From the NCBI GenBank assembly GCA_964016885.1, contig OZ024747.1, positions 58,528,001 through 58,592,000 on the forward strand: a DNA stretch of 64,000 bases. Reading direction: 5' to 3'. Of this stretch, positions 45,401 to 59,344 are shown one piece after another. A program made the translations under genes and the position numbers. The stretch comes from Eledone cirrhosa (taxonomy: Eukaryota). The number at the start of each line of letters is the position of its first letter. Within the stretch, counting starts at the first letter, position 1. Below the pieces are notes generated by a model that had not been told where the DNA came from, ran no database searches, and saw nothing but the letters and a program-made list of their open reading frames with translations.

Positions 45401-46664
45401 ATTTCAGAATGAACGGAAGACCTAGCAATACCTGGCAATACCTGTAACATACGGTGAAAATACACTGCATAATTTAAGTTATAAACTGAGTTCATATTCT
45501 GCCATGATAGACTTTGTCTCCCTCAACACCAGGGCTCTATAGCAAAACGACCACTCACGTACTACAAGATTTAATTGACTAAACATAACTAACGGAACAT
45601 CTGGTGCTGAACCAAAGTGAGAAATCAATGCTTAGAAACAGATAATATAATACACTTCATTGGCGTGTGTATATTTATATTTTTCTTGTAGTTTTTAAAA
45701 TATTTCCATTTATATTTCCAGTATTCTTGTTTATACTATAGCCTTTGGTGAAGGCACGTGGTTTGGCGGTCACGCTGTTTGTAAAATATATATATATATA
45801 CATATGTGTGTGTGCGTGTGTGTGTGTGTGTGTGTATATATATACACATACACACACACACACACACATATATGTGTATGTGAACATATATATATATATA
45901 TGTAAATTCACACATATTTATGTTTATATATGTATATATATATATATATATATGTATGTATATATATATATGTATACATGTACGTATATATATATATATA
46001 TTTAAATATATATACATATACATGGATGTATGTAAAAAATATATATATATATTTGTGTCGTTTCTATACAGGTTGGTTTTGGCTTGATTGTATTTGTTTT
46101 TGTGTTGATGTTAGTCGGAGTTTTATATTGCATTTGTGTTTCATTGGTTGGCCTTGTGGCAAATAAAAACATTCTCTAGCATTGTTGTTTCGTGTTAACA
46201 ATAAGAGAATAATACAGACTTCAATGTGTACTATGCGTGTTACAGCATACGTTAGTAGCTATCTGATGTGAGGTACGAGAAGTGACTCTGCTAGGTTCAA
46301 TAGCTCTATCAATTCAGCGTATACAAAAGCTGAGCTGCCTACTGTTAGAGTTTTGTTGGAAGGAATAAATACATTGAAATCGCCATTGTCGTTATTTTTT
46401 TCTTACAGTCATTATTGGAGATGTTATTGTTGTTGTTGTTGTTGTTGTTGCTATTTCTGTTGTAGTTGCTGTTATTGTTGGTCTCTGTTAATGCTTTTAC
46501 AGGATTTTTGTTTGCTATGTATCTTATATATTTGTTTTGTCATTTATTTTAATAATTCTGTGAGATCTTTTGAAAGAATGATACCATGCGAATCAGATAC
46601 ACAGGACACGATCGCATACGTGCATATATATATATATATATACATACACACATATATACATATA

Positions 46665-46702
<38 letters not shown>

Positions 46703-46809
46703 AGGTGTATGTATATATGCATATATGTATGTATATATGTGTATATATTTATATATATATACATAGAGAGATTTGCATATATATATATATATATATATAA
46801 ACATAAATT

Positions 46810-46850
<41 letters not shown>

Positions 46851-47400
46851 ATAACCCAGGTTAAAATACACATATACATATATAGAGAGAAACCCAAATA
46901 AGCACATATACATGTAAATGGAGACACATTAAAATACAGAAGTATACACATTAACTGATACACATCAATCAAAATACATCCAAACAGATACTTGCACCTA
47001 CACATAAAAACAGATAAAGGTTCATATATATAAATTGACACACCAAGAGGAACATAAAACGAAAAGAAGAATGAGAGAGAGAGCATGTACTGAGTTGATA
47101 ATACTAGTAGGGATTTAGATCGAAAGGTGTTTAGATTTATTATTCATAACATGATCACACTGAGGGGATTTTTTGCGATATATATTTTTATCCAATTTCG
47201 CTGCTTTACATACTCTGCAGTCGGCCAAATTCGTTTCAGTAGGGGACCTGTTAAACTCCGTGTAGGTCACGTGTCTTTTGCGTCGGAGAAAGCGTTGATT
47301 CAAATTGACTTTTCGAGGTGTCATACGATCCGGCCTCTCTGCTATCCCTCTCATTACATATATACCTATATATGTGCATATATATATATATATATATATT

Positions 47401-47740
47401 ATTTAGAAAGTGAGGTGTTTTTACAAAATTAAAAAATAACCGAGCTGTCCTACCCGAGTGAAAGTATAAAGAAAAAAAGATGAAATCGAAAATGCAACTG
47501 GAGTCTTATTTTAAAAAAAATATATATATTTATTTACTTCCTTTACCGGTTTCGCAGTTCTTCTGCTTTTCAAAAGTAGAGTTGAGATGGAGGGTCTGAA
47601 AAACCACAGACCCTCCATCTCAACTCTACTTTTGAAAAGCAGAAGAACTGCGAAACCGGTAAAGGAACTAAATAAATATATATATTTTTTTTTAAAATAA
47701 GACACCAGTTGCATTTTCGATTTCATCTTTTTTTCTTTAT
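47401..47740. mobile_element. Hairpin element (arms 47466-47598 and 47607-47740, 8-nt loop) with U3:A8 HHR-like core
   Basis: CTT-TTGAAAA-GCAG-aagaa-CTGC-GAAA-CCGG-TA-AAG at 47629-47664; mirrored on the minus strand. Confidence 0.85.
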
Positions 47741-47749
47741 ATATATATG

Positions 47750-47950
47750 TATAAAAGAAGGCGTGGTAAGATACCAGATGGGCCATAACGCACTAGAGTA
47801 CTCGATAATTAAGTTAGTTGAGTGGGTAATAGGGAAAAGAGTCAGGACCCCGACGCTGAGCACCGGCCGTTTCGATGGCTAGATGCGAGTTCTGATCTAG
47901 CTGTTGAAAAGGCCGGAGCTCAGCCGATGGGGTCCTGACTCCTTTCCCTA
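47750..47950 (-). mobile_element. Fold-back mini-element of the GUC-hammerhead family
   Basis: Tail on the minus strand, then arms 47830-47884 and 47896-47950. Confidence 0.85.
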
Positions 47951-47978
47951 TATATATATATATATATATACATATGTG

Positions 47979-48017
<39 letters not shown>

Positions 48018-48198
48018 GTATATATATATTTTGATCATGCCTTTATTTTTAAATTTTCTCATTCCTTGTATTTTGATCATGCTTTATTTTTATTTATTAT
48101 TTATTATATTTTTGTCTTTATTTGTTAATTTTTCATTCGCACCGTTTCCTTTCGCTATATGTCTCTCCACCACTCCCCTACACACCTTTTGTACTCTC

Positions 48199-48230
48199 AC
48201 CTGAAGAAGGGCTTATGCCCAAAACGTCGT
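48199..48230 (+). ncRNA. Minimal PLE-type HHR with G12A substitution (probably inactive) in insert 48030-48320
   Basis: AC-CTGAAGA-a-GGGC-ttat-GCCC-AAAA-CG-TC-GT. Confidence 0.65.
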
Positions 48231-48362
48231 CCCCCACCTACCCCCCACTCTCCTGAGCGTGAATTTAATAAACATTTATCGTACTGCCTCTCTGTTCTGT
48301 CCCTGTTCAATTTTTCATTATATATATATATATATGTATATATGTATATATATATGTGTGTG

Positions 48363-48394
<32 letters not shown>

Positions 48395-48414
48395 CGTATG
48401 TATATACATATATG

Positions 48415-48485
<71 letters not shown>

Positions 48486-48493
48486 ATATATAT

Positions 48494-48690
48494 ATAGGAA
48501 CCAGTAAGACCCCGACGGCTGATCTCAAGCCGTTTCGACGGCTAATTCTGGTCCAGAATTAGCCGTCGAAACGGCTTGAGCTCAGCCGTCGGGGTCTTAC
48601 TGGTTCCTATTACCCACTCTACTACCCTAAGTATTGAGTACTTTGGTGCGTTATGGGCCACCTTGTTCCTTACCACATTTCCTTCGTTAT
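48494..48690 (+). mobile_element. Fold-back mini-element of the GUC-hammerhead family (58-bp arms, centre 48552) plus ~80-bp tail
   Basis: Near-perfect palindrome 48494-48610; (TA)n on both sides. Confidence 0.92.
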
Positions 48691-49192
48691 ATATATATAT
48701 ATGTATATCTATATATGTATATATATATACATATGATTGTGTGTGTATGTGGGAGTATGTGTGGGGGTGTTAGTATGTGCCTGTGTCTGTGTGGGGATTG
48801 AGTGTCGAATCAATTAATATATCTATGTCTTAAATAATAAATATAGTAATTTAAAATTTTAAACACACATCCTTCAAATATATATAGAGAGAGGGAGAGA
48901 GAGTGACAGATAGCTAGATATCTATATAGATACGCACTTACACATACATTCACACATACATACGCACATACGAACTCCTTATGCTCCTTATGATAAACCC
49001 AATAAGCATAGCCGGAAAACCAATATCAGAAACAAACAAAATACTAAATGAATACATAATATATAGTCATTAATTTGAAACTAGGTTTCTTGTCCTCATT
49101 TTTCAGAGCAACGCAGGCAAAACACTGCTTCGAATAAATGAATATATTCCGGTAGAGTGTATTGATTAATTCATTTTACCGCTAATACATAC

Positions 49193-49249
<57 letters not shown>

Positions 49250-49388
49250 CAGTGTGTATGTATATATTTATTCATATATATATATATATAAATATGTATA
49301 TATATATATATGTGTGTGAGTGTGTATGTATATATTTATTTATATATATATATGTATATATAAATGTATATATCCATGTGTGAGTATG

Positions 49389-49487
<99 letters not shown>

Positions 49488-49581
49488 ATACATATATATA
49501 TATATATATATGTATGTATATATATATATAAATAATACATATATATATGTATATATATGTATGTATATATATATATGTATG

Positions 49582-49614
<33 letters not shown>

Positions 49615-50228
49615 TTATATATATACATTTATATATATATATACGAATATGTGTGTGTGGATATATATATAAATATATACGAGCGTGTGTGTGTGTGTGT
49701 GTGTCTGAGAGACAGAGAGAGAGAATGAGAATGTGTATGTGTGTATATATATACGTGTATCTTTATGTCTGTTTATATGCATATCTAAATCCATAACTAT
49801 GTATCGTGTTAGAAATTCCAGTTCACATTATTTTAGTTAAAAGAAATCTATCTTTCAGATAATGGCGGTAATAAATTTAAATATAAATTCAATAAAATCC
49901 AAATGAGGTGGTGGTCGGTTGGTAGGAATATCGTATATTGCAAATGGGAAGTAACTCCTCATGCCCCACACTTGTTTTGGCATAAACTCATCAACATGTT
50001 GACAATCGATCAAATCTTCGCATAGATAAGACCCTCCATCTAACAGTTATCTTCTTCCAATTGGAAACCAACAGAATATATGGGATTTACAAGTAATTGG
50101 GAAGACAATGAATTATTGATGATATCAGAGCAACGTCTATTTAGAAACCGAATAGCTGTTTTGTGGCAGTATATTTTGTCTGATATATATGTATGGATGT
50201 ATGTGTGCGCGCGTGTGTGCGTGTGTAC

Positions 50229-50312
<84 letters not shown>

Positions 50313-50713
50313 CTATCTGGCCCGTCCGGCTGGCGTCCGACTAGTGTACCGTCATTTTATCTTTTTAGGATTCCCTAGTTCAGCAGCCAGTACGTTAAAG
50401 AAAATAGATAGTTACAACAACAAAGGCTGAATAGAGAACACATTTTATAACAAACTTTACGATAATTTGTAAAACCATAATAGAAATTCCAAGTAACAGA
50501 AAATATATAAATTACATTGTTAGAGCCTCAGAGTATACAATATTTTTTGTTCGGCCCTCGGGAGCAAAGATGAAGAAATTGTTTGGCGAGCTCACCCTAG
50601 AGCATCCTACATACAATTGACCATGGGAGAAGCATGGTTTTTCCAGATGAAGGCCAGCCACTTTTATGGTTTGACCCTGAGTTTTGTTGATGGTAATTGC
50701 AAAGCTTAGTCTC
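50313..50713 (-). mobile_element. Helitron 3' end with PIF1-like helicase C-terminus
   Basis: RLSFAITINKTQGQTIKVAGLHLEKPCFSHGQLYVGCSRV..TKNIVYSEAL; GC-rich subterminal segment and ATAG|T end at 50313. Confidence 0.9.
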
Positions 50714-50883
50714 TCTCTTTGTCTAGTAACATTTTTTCTTCTGGATAATCTGATCTTGTGGCCAATCCGAGACGTTTTGGGTGGCATATCGGCAGCAACA
50801 ATGAGGATAAGCCGTCTGTGCTTTTGTGAAATAAATACGTTTGTTTATATTTTGTGTTTGTGTATGCAAAAATATCTGTACAC

Positions 50884-50922
<39 letters not shown>

Positions 50923-51033
50923 TTGAAAAAAATGAAAACGAAATTTCATTTCTCACTCTTAGTATGGCACTTACTTAAATGTAAGTATGTATGTATACGT
51001 ACATACATATATGTATACAGACGTACAGTAGCA

Positions 51034-51100
<67 letters not shown>

Positions 51101-51262
51101 GCATGCAGGTACACATACATATATGCACGCATCAGTTTAGCCGACGTTTATTATAACGCCGGCCGCTTTGTTCGTTTGTTTGTCAACAAAGCGAACAGCC
51201 TGAATTTATGCCATACGGTGTTAAGGCAACCACGTCACCTTTTTGTTCAACACTGAGACAGG

Positions 51263-51307
51263 AACGATGTACTAGTTTCAAGCTTGTTAGCTATCATCAG
51301 CACCGTT
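51263..51307 (-). ncRNA. Type I minimal HHR with canonical core
   Basis: AACGGTG-CTGATGA-t-AGCT-aaca-AGCT-t-GAAA-CTAG-TA-CATCGTT. Confidence 0.9.
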
Positions 51308-51541
51308 TACCCATCTGCCAGATAGTTGAACGTTCGAAAGTATATACTTTCCTTATGAAAATTAACGGCTGAGCAGCCTAATTTGCATATTGAGTGAGTT
51401 AAATCGGTCAGGCATACCGAAAACGATAAGTTGAAAAAAATGAAAACGAAATTTCATTTCTCACTCTTAGTGTGGCACTTACTTAAATGTAAGTATGTAT
51501 GTATACGTACATACATATATGTATACAGACGTACAGTAGCA

Positions 51542-51618
<77 letters not shown>

Positions 51619-51780
51619 GCATACAGGTACACATACATATATGCACGCATCAGTTTAGTCGACGTTTATTATAACGCCGGCCGCTTTGTTCGTTTGTTTG
51701 TCAACAAAGCGAACAGCCTGAATTTATGCCATACGGTGTTAAGGCAACCACGTCACCTTTTTGTTCAACACTGACACAGG

Positions 51781-51825
51781 AACGATGTACTAGTTTCAAG
51801 CTTGTTAGCTATCATCAGCACCGTT
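51781..51825 (-). ncRNA. Type I minimal HHR, identical tandem partner
   Basis: Same sequence as 51263-51307. Confidence 0.9.
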
Positions 51826-51893
51826 TACCCATCTGCCAGATAGTTGAACGTTCGATGCGTGCATATATGTATGTGTACCTGTATGCATATGTG

Positions 51894-51937
<44 letters not shown>

Positions 51938-51990
51938 TGCTAGTGTACGTCTGTATACATATATGTATGTACGTATACATACATACTTAC

Positions 51991-52048
<58 letters not shown>

Positions 52049-52055
<7 letters not shown>

Positions 52056-52355
52056 TAACAGATTAAAGTTTAAGCAAAAATTCGCTGCTTTGACCCTTAA
52101 CAGGATCTTCGGAAACTAAAAAAATCAATCTATGAACGCAGAAGTAAATATTTCGAAAAAAATTGCAGCCGAAGGATAACAGGAAGACAATACTTTGGTT
52201 CGTGAAGACGTTCCCTGGCAATGAACGTAAAAAAGCGAAGATCTACGTCATCAATGAGAACAATATTTGCTCAAGGGTCCTTATATATTTGATATATATT
52301 TATCCTTATCGAGCCCTCTTTCGATTTTAGTCTTCACATTTATTATTATTACTAA
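52049..52355. mobile_element. PLE insert: inverted arm plus forward tail
   Basis: 52049-52115 matches 54169-54233; 52262-52352 matches 11476-11567. Confidence 0.8.
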
Positions 52356-52589
52356 TTATATATATATATAATTAATTATTGAGAGCGCGTGCGGTATCTT
52401 TGCACTGAATTAATTAAAAGTTGATTAGAATCGAAGTCAATGCAGACAGGCAGCTAGACAAACAGATATTATAAACATGCGACGTTATAGCTATGTATCT
52501 AATGCAGACAGCCAGACATACAGAGACATATTATAAAGGCGCTACCTTATAGCTATGTATCCATCTAAAAAGACAGACAAAGAAAGAGA

Positions 52590-52835
52590 GAGGAATGTCG
52601 TATAACCGGAAGTGTTTAATTTGAACATTTTAAAGAAGCGAATATTTAAATAAACGATAAAATATCGTTAATCTTTTAACGAAATTTAGACAAAATTTAG
52701 ACAAATATACCCTCACTACTTGGAAAAAGTTACATCTATGGTGCAAATTTGGTGCTTTTTGGTCCAGCCGTTTGGGGAGAGGTTTGTTACATACATACGG
52801 CCGTCAGCTTTATAATATATATATATATATATATA
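52590..52835 (-). mobile_element. Helitron-like 5' end; related fragment at 32170-32265
   Basis: Minus strand starts TATATTATAAAGCTGA..GTATGTATGT..AAACGGCTGGACC..CCAAATTTGCAC, a pattern typical of non-autonomous Helitron 5' termini. Confidence 0.6.
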
Positions 52836-53519
52836 GTACCCGCTTACCGAGGAACTATCTGGAATCGGCCAAACGAACACTACAACTAGGTAAACATATT
52901 TTCGAGTCAAATGACGCCGCACATTAGAGTCTTCCACTGTACAGATTACTCATAACCTCTCCTTGGATTACCTTATACGATAACTCGTTCACTTAAATAT
53001 AAATACTTATACATATATACATATGTATGTATGTATGTATGAGTGTATGCATGTGTGTATGTGCGTGTGTGCGTGTGTATGTGCGTGTGGGTGGGTGCGT
53101 ACGTGTGTGCCTGAGTGTGCGCGTGCGTGTGCGTGTGTGTGTGCGTGTGCGTGTGTGTCGATACAGATAGCCGAATATCACAATGTAACGAAATATCTAA
53201 ACAGTTTCAACTCTATGTATTGTGTTTGGTGCGTTAGTTATAGGGATGATACCTAGATTTGCGAAGCTGTTTTGTGTAGTAAGGTGTGTAATGCATACGT
53301 GTATAATATCATTTATTCATAATAAACACCGGAAATTAATGCCTCGTTAAAAACGTCCGACAATGTTGACAAAAAGCCAGTAGAAAAGATGGCATGTATA
53401 TAGATATATATGTACGTATGTATATCTAGGCCTGCCTACATGTATGTATGTATGTGTGCGTGCGTGCGTACACATATATGTGTATGTGCATACGTTATAT
53501 ATATATATATATATATATA

Positions 53520-53561
53520 ACCGAGCTGAGGATCCGCTAAGGTGAAACAATTGTTCTCGGT
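53520..53561 (+). ncRNA. Type I minimal HHR heading a ~140-bp insert (53519-53657) between (TA)n tracts
   Basis: ACCGAG-CTGAGGA-tccgctaaggt-GAAA-CAATTG-TT-CTCGGT. Confidence 0.85.
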
Positions 53562-53672
53562 ATGGTGAACTAACTGTTGTGTAACCACTTCTACCTTACT
53601 CGTCCCATGGACTGAGTGCTCTACCACTACGGATATTACCTTCCAGTGTTCCACCACTATATATATATATAT

Positions 53673-53737
<65 letters not shown>

Positions 53738-54074
53738 GCATGTGATTAAAGTACTGTGGTACTTAACAAAATCAAATATTAATTTAATGATCACGCAATA
53801 CCTTCTATATTTGCACAACGGAAAACGAACACATAGGACAAATGACGAAAAGCATTAATTTTGTATAGTCTTCACTCTCGTGCAATGCAATGTTCTTAAT
53901 AAGAGTGGCATTGCATCATATGTAGCAAGGCGCCTGGACTGATGGAACGTGCCGCAGGAAAGAGGCATAGAATTCTACGCAACAACTAAGAGACATACGA
54001 AAATGTTTTTCGCCTAGGACAGTGAGGTGAGTGTACAAACATATAAAATTAATTATGATTATATATATATATAT

Positions 54075-54326
54075 AGTAATAATAATAAATTTGAAGACTA
54101 AAATCCAAAGAGGGCCCGATAAGGATAAATATATATCAAATATATAAGAACCGTAGAGCAAATATTTATTAAAATAACAGATTAAAATTTAAGCAAAGAA
54201 TCGCTGCTTTCACTGTTAACGGGATCTTCTGAAAACTCAGTTACACACTATAAATTGTAAATCATATTTAAGAAGATCCCGTTAAGGGTGAAAGCACCGA
54301 TTCTTTGCTTAAACTTTAATCTGTTA

Positions 54327-54332
<6 letters not shown>
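54075..54332 (-). mobile_element. PLE fold-back element with decayed HHR-like core
   Basis: Tail 54075-54168, arms 54169-54230 and 54271-54333; AGAAGA-tcccgttaagggt-GAAA. Confidence 0.78.
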
Positions 54333-54371
<39 letters not shown>

Positions 54372-54458
54372 AAAAGGTAAACAGAAATAACAACACAATC
54401 GGTACAGTATCTGGAAGGAATATATTAGGTTAACGCTTGAAATAGCAGGAAGAGGGTG

Positions 54459-54490
54459 TTAACGTTTCGAACGTTAGTCCTTCATCAGAA
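54459..54490 (-). ncRNA. Minimal PLE-type HHR core with weak stem I
   Basis: CTGATGA-a-GGAC-taac-GTTC-GAAA-CG-TT. Confidence 0.6.
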
Positions 54491-54555
54491 GAAATAATGA
54501 GAAATAAGATACATTGAGGGGACGGGCAGGTTGGAATTGGAAAACATTTCTTTAG

Positions 54556-54612
<57 letters not shown>

Positions 54613-57600
54613 GGTATAAATCGACGTTGTATCCGCAGTATAGCAGATAAAATCAAATTCTTTGAGGAAGTCACAAAGTACTCAATGCTGCGAAACGTTA
54701 ATACATTTACGTCCAGCGTAATTAAAAAGTTAAGAAACAGTGACAGCAGGAAAAGTGACCAAATACATTTGACCATGCTTATGCCATAACAACGATAAAT
54801 AAAAACATATATATATATATATACTCAGTACAACACACCAGTTGTCACGTTACATTTAACCAACATGTTCGTACGGTAAGAGAACGGAAGGAATGCTACG
54901 TAACTGCGAAACGAACCTGTTAAGTCTACATTTTCTGGAAACACATATGCACCCGTGTAAATATAACTTGAAACCCTTAGTGTCTTAAATATCTGACATT
55001 TCAATCAACATAGACATTCACGTTCTTATGTCTTGGTGTTTGTGTTGTTTTACAATATATTTAATACTGTAATGTATGTGTAATATGAATATATATTTGT
55101 TGCCTGTCTTTCATAATTGCTTTAGTATTTTCATTCTAGAATTTCAACATGCGATTGTATCTTCCCATGGAATTGAATATAAATGTTGCATAGAAACTAA
55201 GCAACAATAAGCAATATTTAGGTGACTTTAATACTGATGCAAGTAATCAGATAAATCTCTAGCATTGCATTAAAAACTGAGTTTGCGAATCTATCCAGAC
55301 ATTTAGTCTATATGTTAATATTATATTTAAAATCCCAATGTTGTTACTGTGTTTGTCTAAAAGTTGATGCTCTAGGTATATATATCGCGGTATACATTCA
55401 GAGATCTTAAATATGATTTAAAATTTATAGTGTGTTACTGTAGATATCTAACGCAGGACATTCTAAGTAAATATACTGTGATGTACATTCGTGAATATAT
55501 TAAATATAATTTCCAATTTCCAATATTTTATCTGGTGTAACGAAAATATATTCTACATAACTCTATTGCGATTTATATTCATGAATGTCATAACATCTTC
55601 CTTAGCATATTTCTAATGGAGAAGACAGCGTTTGCTTTCCAAATGATTTTGAAATTAACTGATACTTTTTATGTATCTAGTAATATAACTATATTTCTCA
55701 CAGTTAAGTTTTTCTTTGGAACATAAGTTAAATGTTCTTCCATAGACATATGATGTTTTTAGATACATTCAAACATTTTTGTATGATAGAACCAGAGGTG
55801 TTATCGGTTAATTTAGTATCAAAAGGGATAACTATGATTTAAATGTTGGGTGTATTTTTTTTTTAGATTCAAGACAAGAACGATCTGCATGTATCATTTA
55901 GAAATTATTTAGAATATAAAAAGGCTCTAAACTCCTAATACGGTAATGAGACGCCGGCATGACAAACGTCATTTCTTGAACATTTTCAACCGGGCACAAT
56001 TCAAAACTTTCCAGTCCTGAAGAGCGCATTTCTTTCAGAGGAAGGCGAGTTGCAGAAAGGGATAACGTGGCATATAGAAAGACAGGGCACTAATACTGAA
56101 CTGATAATTTAATTACAAAAATTGAAAATATGAAAGATAAAGCTAGTTGATCTCGGTTGACTTTGAACTCAGAGCACACTGAAGTTGAGCATATTTCAAG
56201 GCATTTAATTAAATACACTAACGACTCTGCGATGTTACCACCTTCAAGAACATTTAGTCTAAAATAACAAATTCGTTATGATTAAAGCACCTAAGTTCTA
56301 AAACCGAATCCATCTACAAGAGAATAGATTACACTGTTGGTTAAGTGTTATGTGTCTTTCTGCTGGTGGACATATGTCAGTCTTTGAGATATATATATTC
56401 TATTTTAAAAATTATAAGCAATTAAATGAAAACAAACTACCCCCTGGTTTAAATAAAAGTTTTGCTTCGAAATTTCAAGGACCCAGCCGAAATATTGTGA
56501 ATAAGATAAGCAAGATATGAATATTAGTCAAAATATATCATGTCAAATACCAAAATCTAACTTTAGACAGAGATGTACTATATTTCTGATTCTAGTACAA
56601 CATAAGCATGATGTAAATACAGACAAGACTAAATTGATTATCGTATATTTCAGACACTGCTATGTCTTGGAGAAATGTGAACATCGTTCTACCTAAATTC
56701 TTAATGAAATTTCTAAAAGTGTTTCAGAACTCCTGATATTGACGCGTGTCGGAATACGCAATGCAATATTCTTCTTATTGAATGATTCTGTTAATTTTGG
56801 AGTTTAAACGACTGGTTTTTCTATTAGACAAATTCTTTTGATTTGCCAGGAATGCATTTCTGGAGGTTAATTCATCGTAGCACAAGTTTCCACTATATTC
56901 CTCATCTATGCAAAGTCGATGGTTTTGGGGGTCAAAGTATAAACACTTTCCATAATATCATCTGAACAGAATTGCTTTGGATTATATGATATATTAATAC
57001 AAAACGAAGATTAACAAGAAATGCAGAACAAGCAATCCATCAATTTTCCATTCATAGGAGATGGCGGAAGCATGAAAACGGAAATTACAACGACAATAAC
57101 AATACCAAGAACAACAACGTAAACCAATTCTAAAGTTGAACAATGTAAGTATATTAGCAGGAGCTTATATCTAATACATATTCGAACAGCAAATACAATT
57201 TACAAATATATCAAATGAATATGCTAAATTATTTAACTGCATAAGAACTTGCTCTTTATACGCTCCGAGTCTTCCTAAGGAACAGATCGATTTGATAACA
57301 CACGTGTGTAATCTAGTCAATTCAATGAATATGATTACTGTCACAGAATGTCAGTAGATAAATAATGGAAGTGTCCTGCCAGTCAACCGTTACAAACAAC
57401 TTCAATAGTACGACCTTCAGGACGCAACACGGACAGGATGGATTTTACAATTCCTGAGCAAACGGACAGAGTAACAATGTAATAAGATATAATAAGCAAT
57501 CACTCACTCTCATTTTCATTCTCTCTCAATAAGATAAATCTACCGATAACGAGGTTAGTACTAAGAAGCGTTTAATTGCACCTGGTATGGGTCTAGCGTG

Positions 57601-57857
57601 AAATTAATAAAATTATCGCTCCTGCTTCTAGAGGATTAAGAAATATTTTGTAAATTAATAATAGGAGATACATTATACACACAAGCAATACATTTAATAT
57701 TTAATATGAGGTTCTTAACGCTTCAATACATTGAATGACAACGTTTTATTATATCCACATTAAAATCGAATCCTTACTAAACCTATTGGGGTTTCCTTCG
57801 GTTCAAATTATTTATCATTCTTACTTGAAATAATTGTACATATTCGACAACATAGAT

Positions 57858-57955
57858 GAGGGTTAAAGAGCTGGCCTCGTGATCGCAAGATCGTGGGTTT
57901 GACCCTCGACCACAGCCGCTCATTATATCATTGAGCCAAACTTTAATTTTTACGC
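57858..57955 (+). mobile_element. Degraded tRNA-derived SINE head
   Basis: GGTTAAAGAGCTGGCCTCGTGATCGCAAGATCGTGGGTTTGACCC resembles a tRNA body with a B-box. Confidence 0.55.
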
Positions 57956-58814
57956 TAATCCAGCTGAAAATAAATATCAGCAACAGTAATGCTTAACGTT
58001 AATATAGGCTGGCGTTCCATTTTATGGCAAATCTTTTACCCTTAATGGCATAAGGCTACGGGGAAACGGAGGAAGACCTGGCTTTTGTCCAACTCGTGCC
58101 AGCATGAGAAAACAGACGAATAATCGACCACGGTGGTTTTGATGACAATAGTGATGATGATGATGTGGTTGATGATGATGATGATGGTAGTGATGACAAG
58201 GATTATGAGGAACATTATGAGTTGAGTGGGAGGGTGGTGGTGTTGATGATGATGGATACACAGAAAGGGGAAAGCATCGCACAAAATTATTTACAGTAGT
58301 TAAGGTAATTTTAAGTTTTGATGTTAAAATAAAATACTTTGATTGATCCAAGCTCCAAAAGGAAAGTACCAATCAATTAACTGAAATCAATCTAATTGAT
58401 TGTACCCCTCCTTCACTAAAATTGACGTCCTATGACTGCGTTAGAAATCCATATTTTGGCGGTTGTTTTTATATCTTTATCCCAGGTCAGTACTGACCAA
58501 TCATGCTATGATGAAAGTGACACGTGTTTCATAGGAGCAGGAACCCAGTTACTTTGAAGAGTGTTATGGTTTGATAGTTGCTATTTCTATTATGTACAGA
58601 AGCTTGTGAACATTTATTGTACTTCCATCTCTCACTAGTTTACCCGTCAATTTTCGAGTATAAAATTGTTGATGATGAAATAGAATTAATTTGTACGATA
58701 TCATTCCTTAATATTAAATAATCTTAGTCAAGGCAAATGGGTGAACCGAACCGATTACCCTGTCTCAGCTGGACACATGGACACACACACTGACATATAC
58801 ATATACATATATAT

Positions 58815-59060
58815 AAATAGTTACAAAAGTGATATAAATAGTTACAAAATACATGTACTTAAGTTCCGTTGGGTTATACACCCCAGCTCATTCAGCATGT
58901 TCTTTTTATAACAGGCTGAGGGAGTTTGGTTGTATAACTCGAAGAAACCTAAGTACATATATGTCACTGTTATAACTAATTATACTTAACTCGTCCTATG
59001 GACTGAGTGCTCTTACACTTGGATATTTCTACCAAACCTTTACGACCAAACGTTTAATTT
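58815..59060 (+). mobile_element. Old fold-back PLE insert sharing the tail of 53519-53657
   Basis: Imperfect IR 58853-58880 versus 58931-58958; ACTCGTCCYATGGACTGAGTGCTC shared. Confidence 0.6.
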
Positions 59061-59275
59061 ATATTACTTAACGTACGGGCAAGTAAACATGTTTTTGTAG
59101 GTACACAGAGATTCATAATGGCATCCAATTAATCGATACAGAATAATCAACTCGTACAACATTAAGATGCTGAGGAATAAAAGTGTACTCGAGAATATTC
59201 TTCAATTATTAATCGGATACCATCATGAAAATGTAAGTATCTACGAAACCATGGCTAGCTGCCATGTGTTTTAAG

Positions 59276-59338
<63 letters not shown>

Positions 59339-59344
<6 letters not shown>

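Larger units (their letters stand above)
50917..51995 (-). mobile_element. Non-coding tandem HHR element: 518-bp unit, ~1.8 copies, plus inverted segment 51853-51995
   Basis: 50917-51337 repeats as 51427-51855; identical HHRs in both copies. Confidence 0.9.

Noticed and set aside
47115-47354. 79-aa non-repetitive ORF
   Set aside because: No motif recognised; possibly a transposon scrap
54800-57800. Repeat-poor stretch that might hold host exons (also 61700-64000)
   Set aside because: Candidate splice acceptors exist but I found no recognisable reading frame; RNA-seq or tblastx needed
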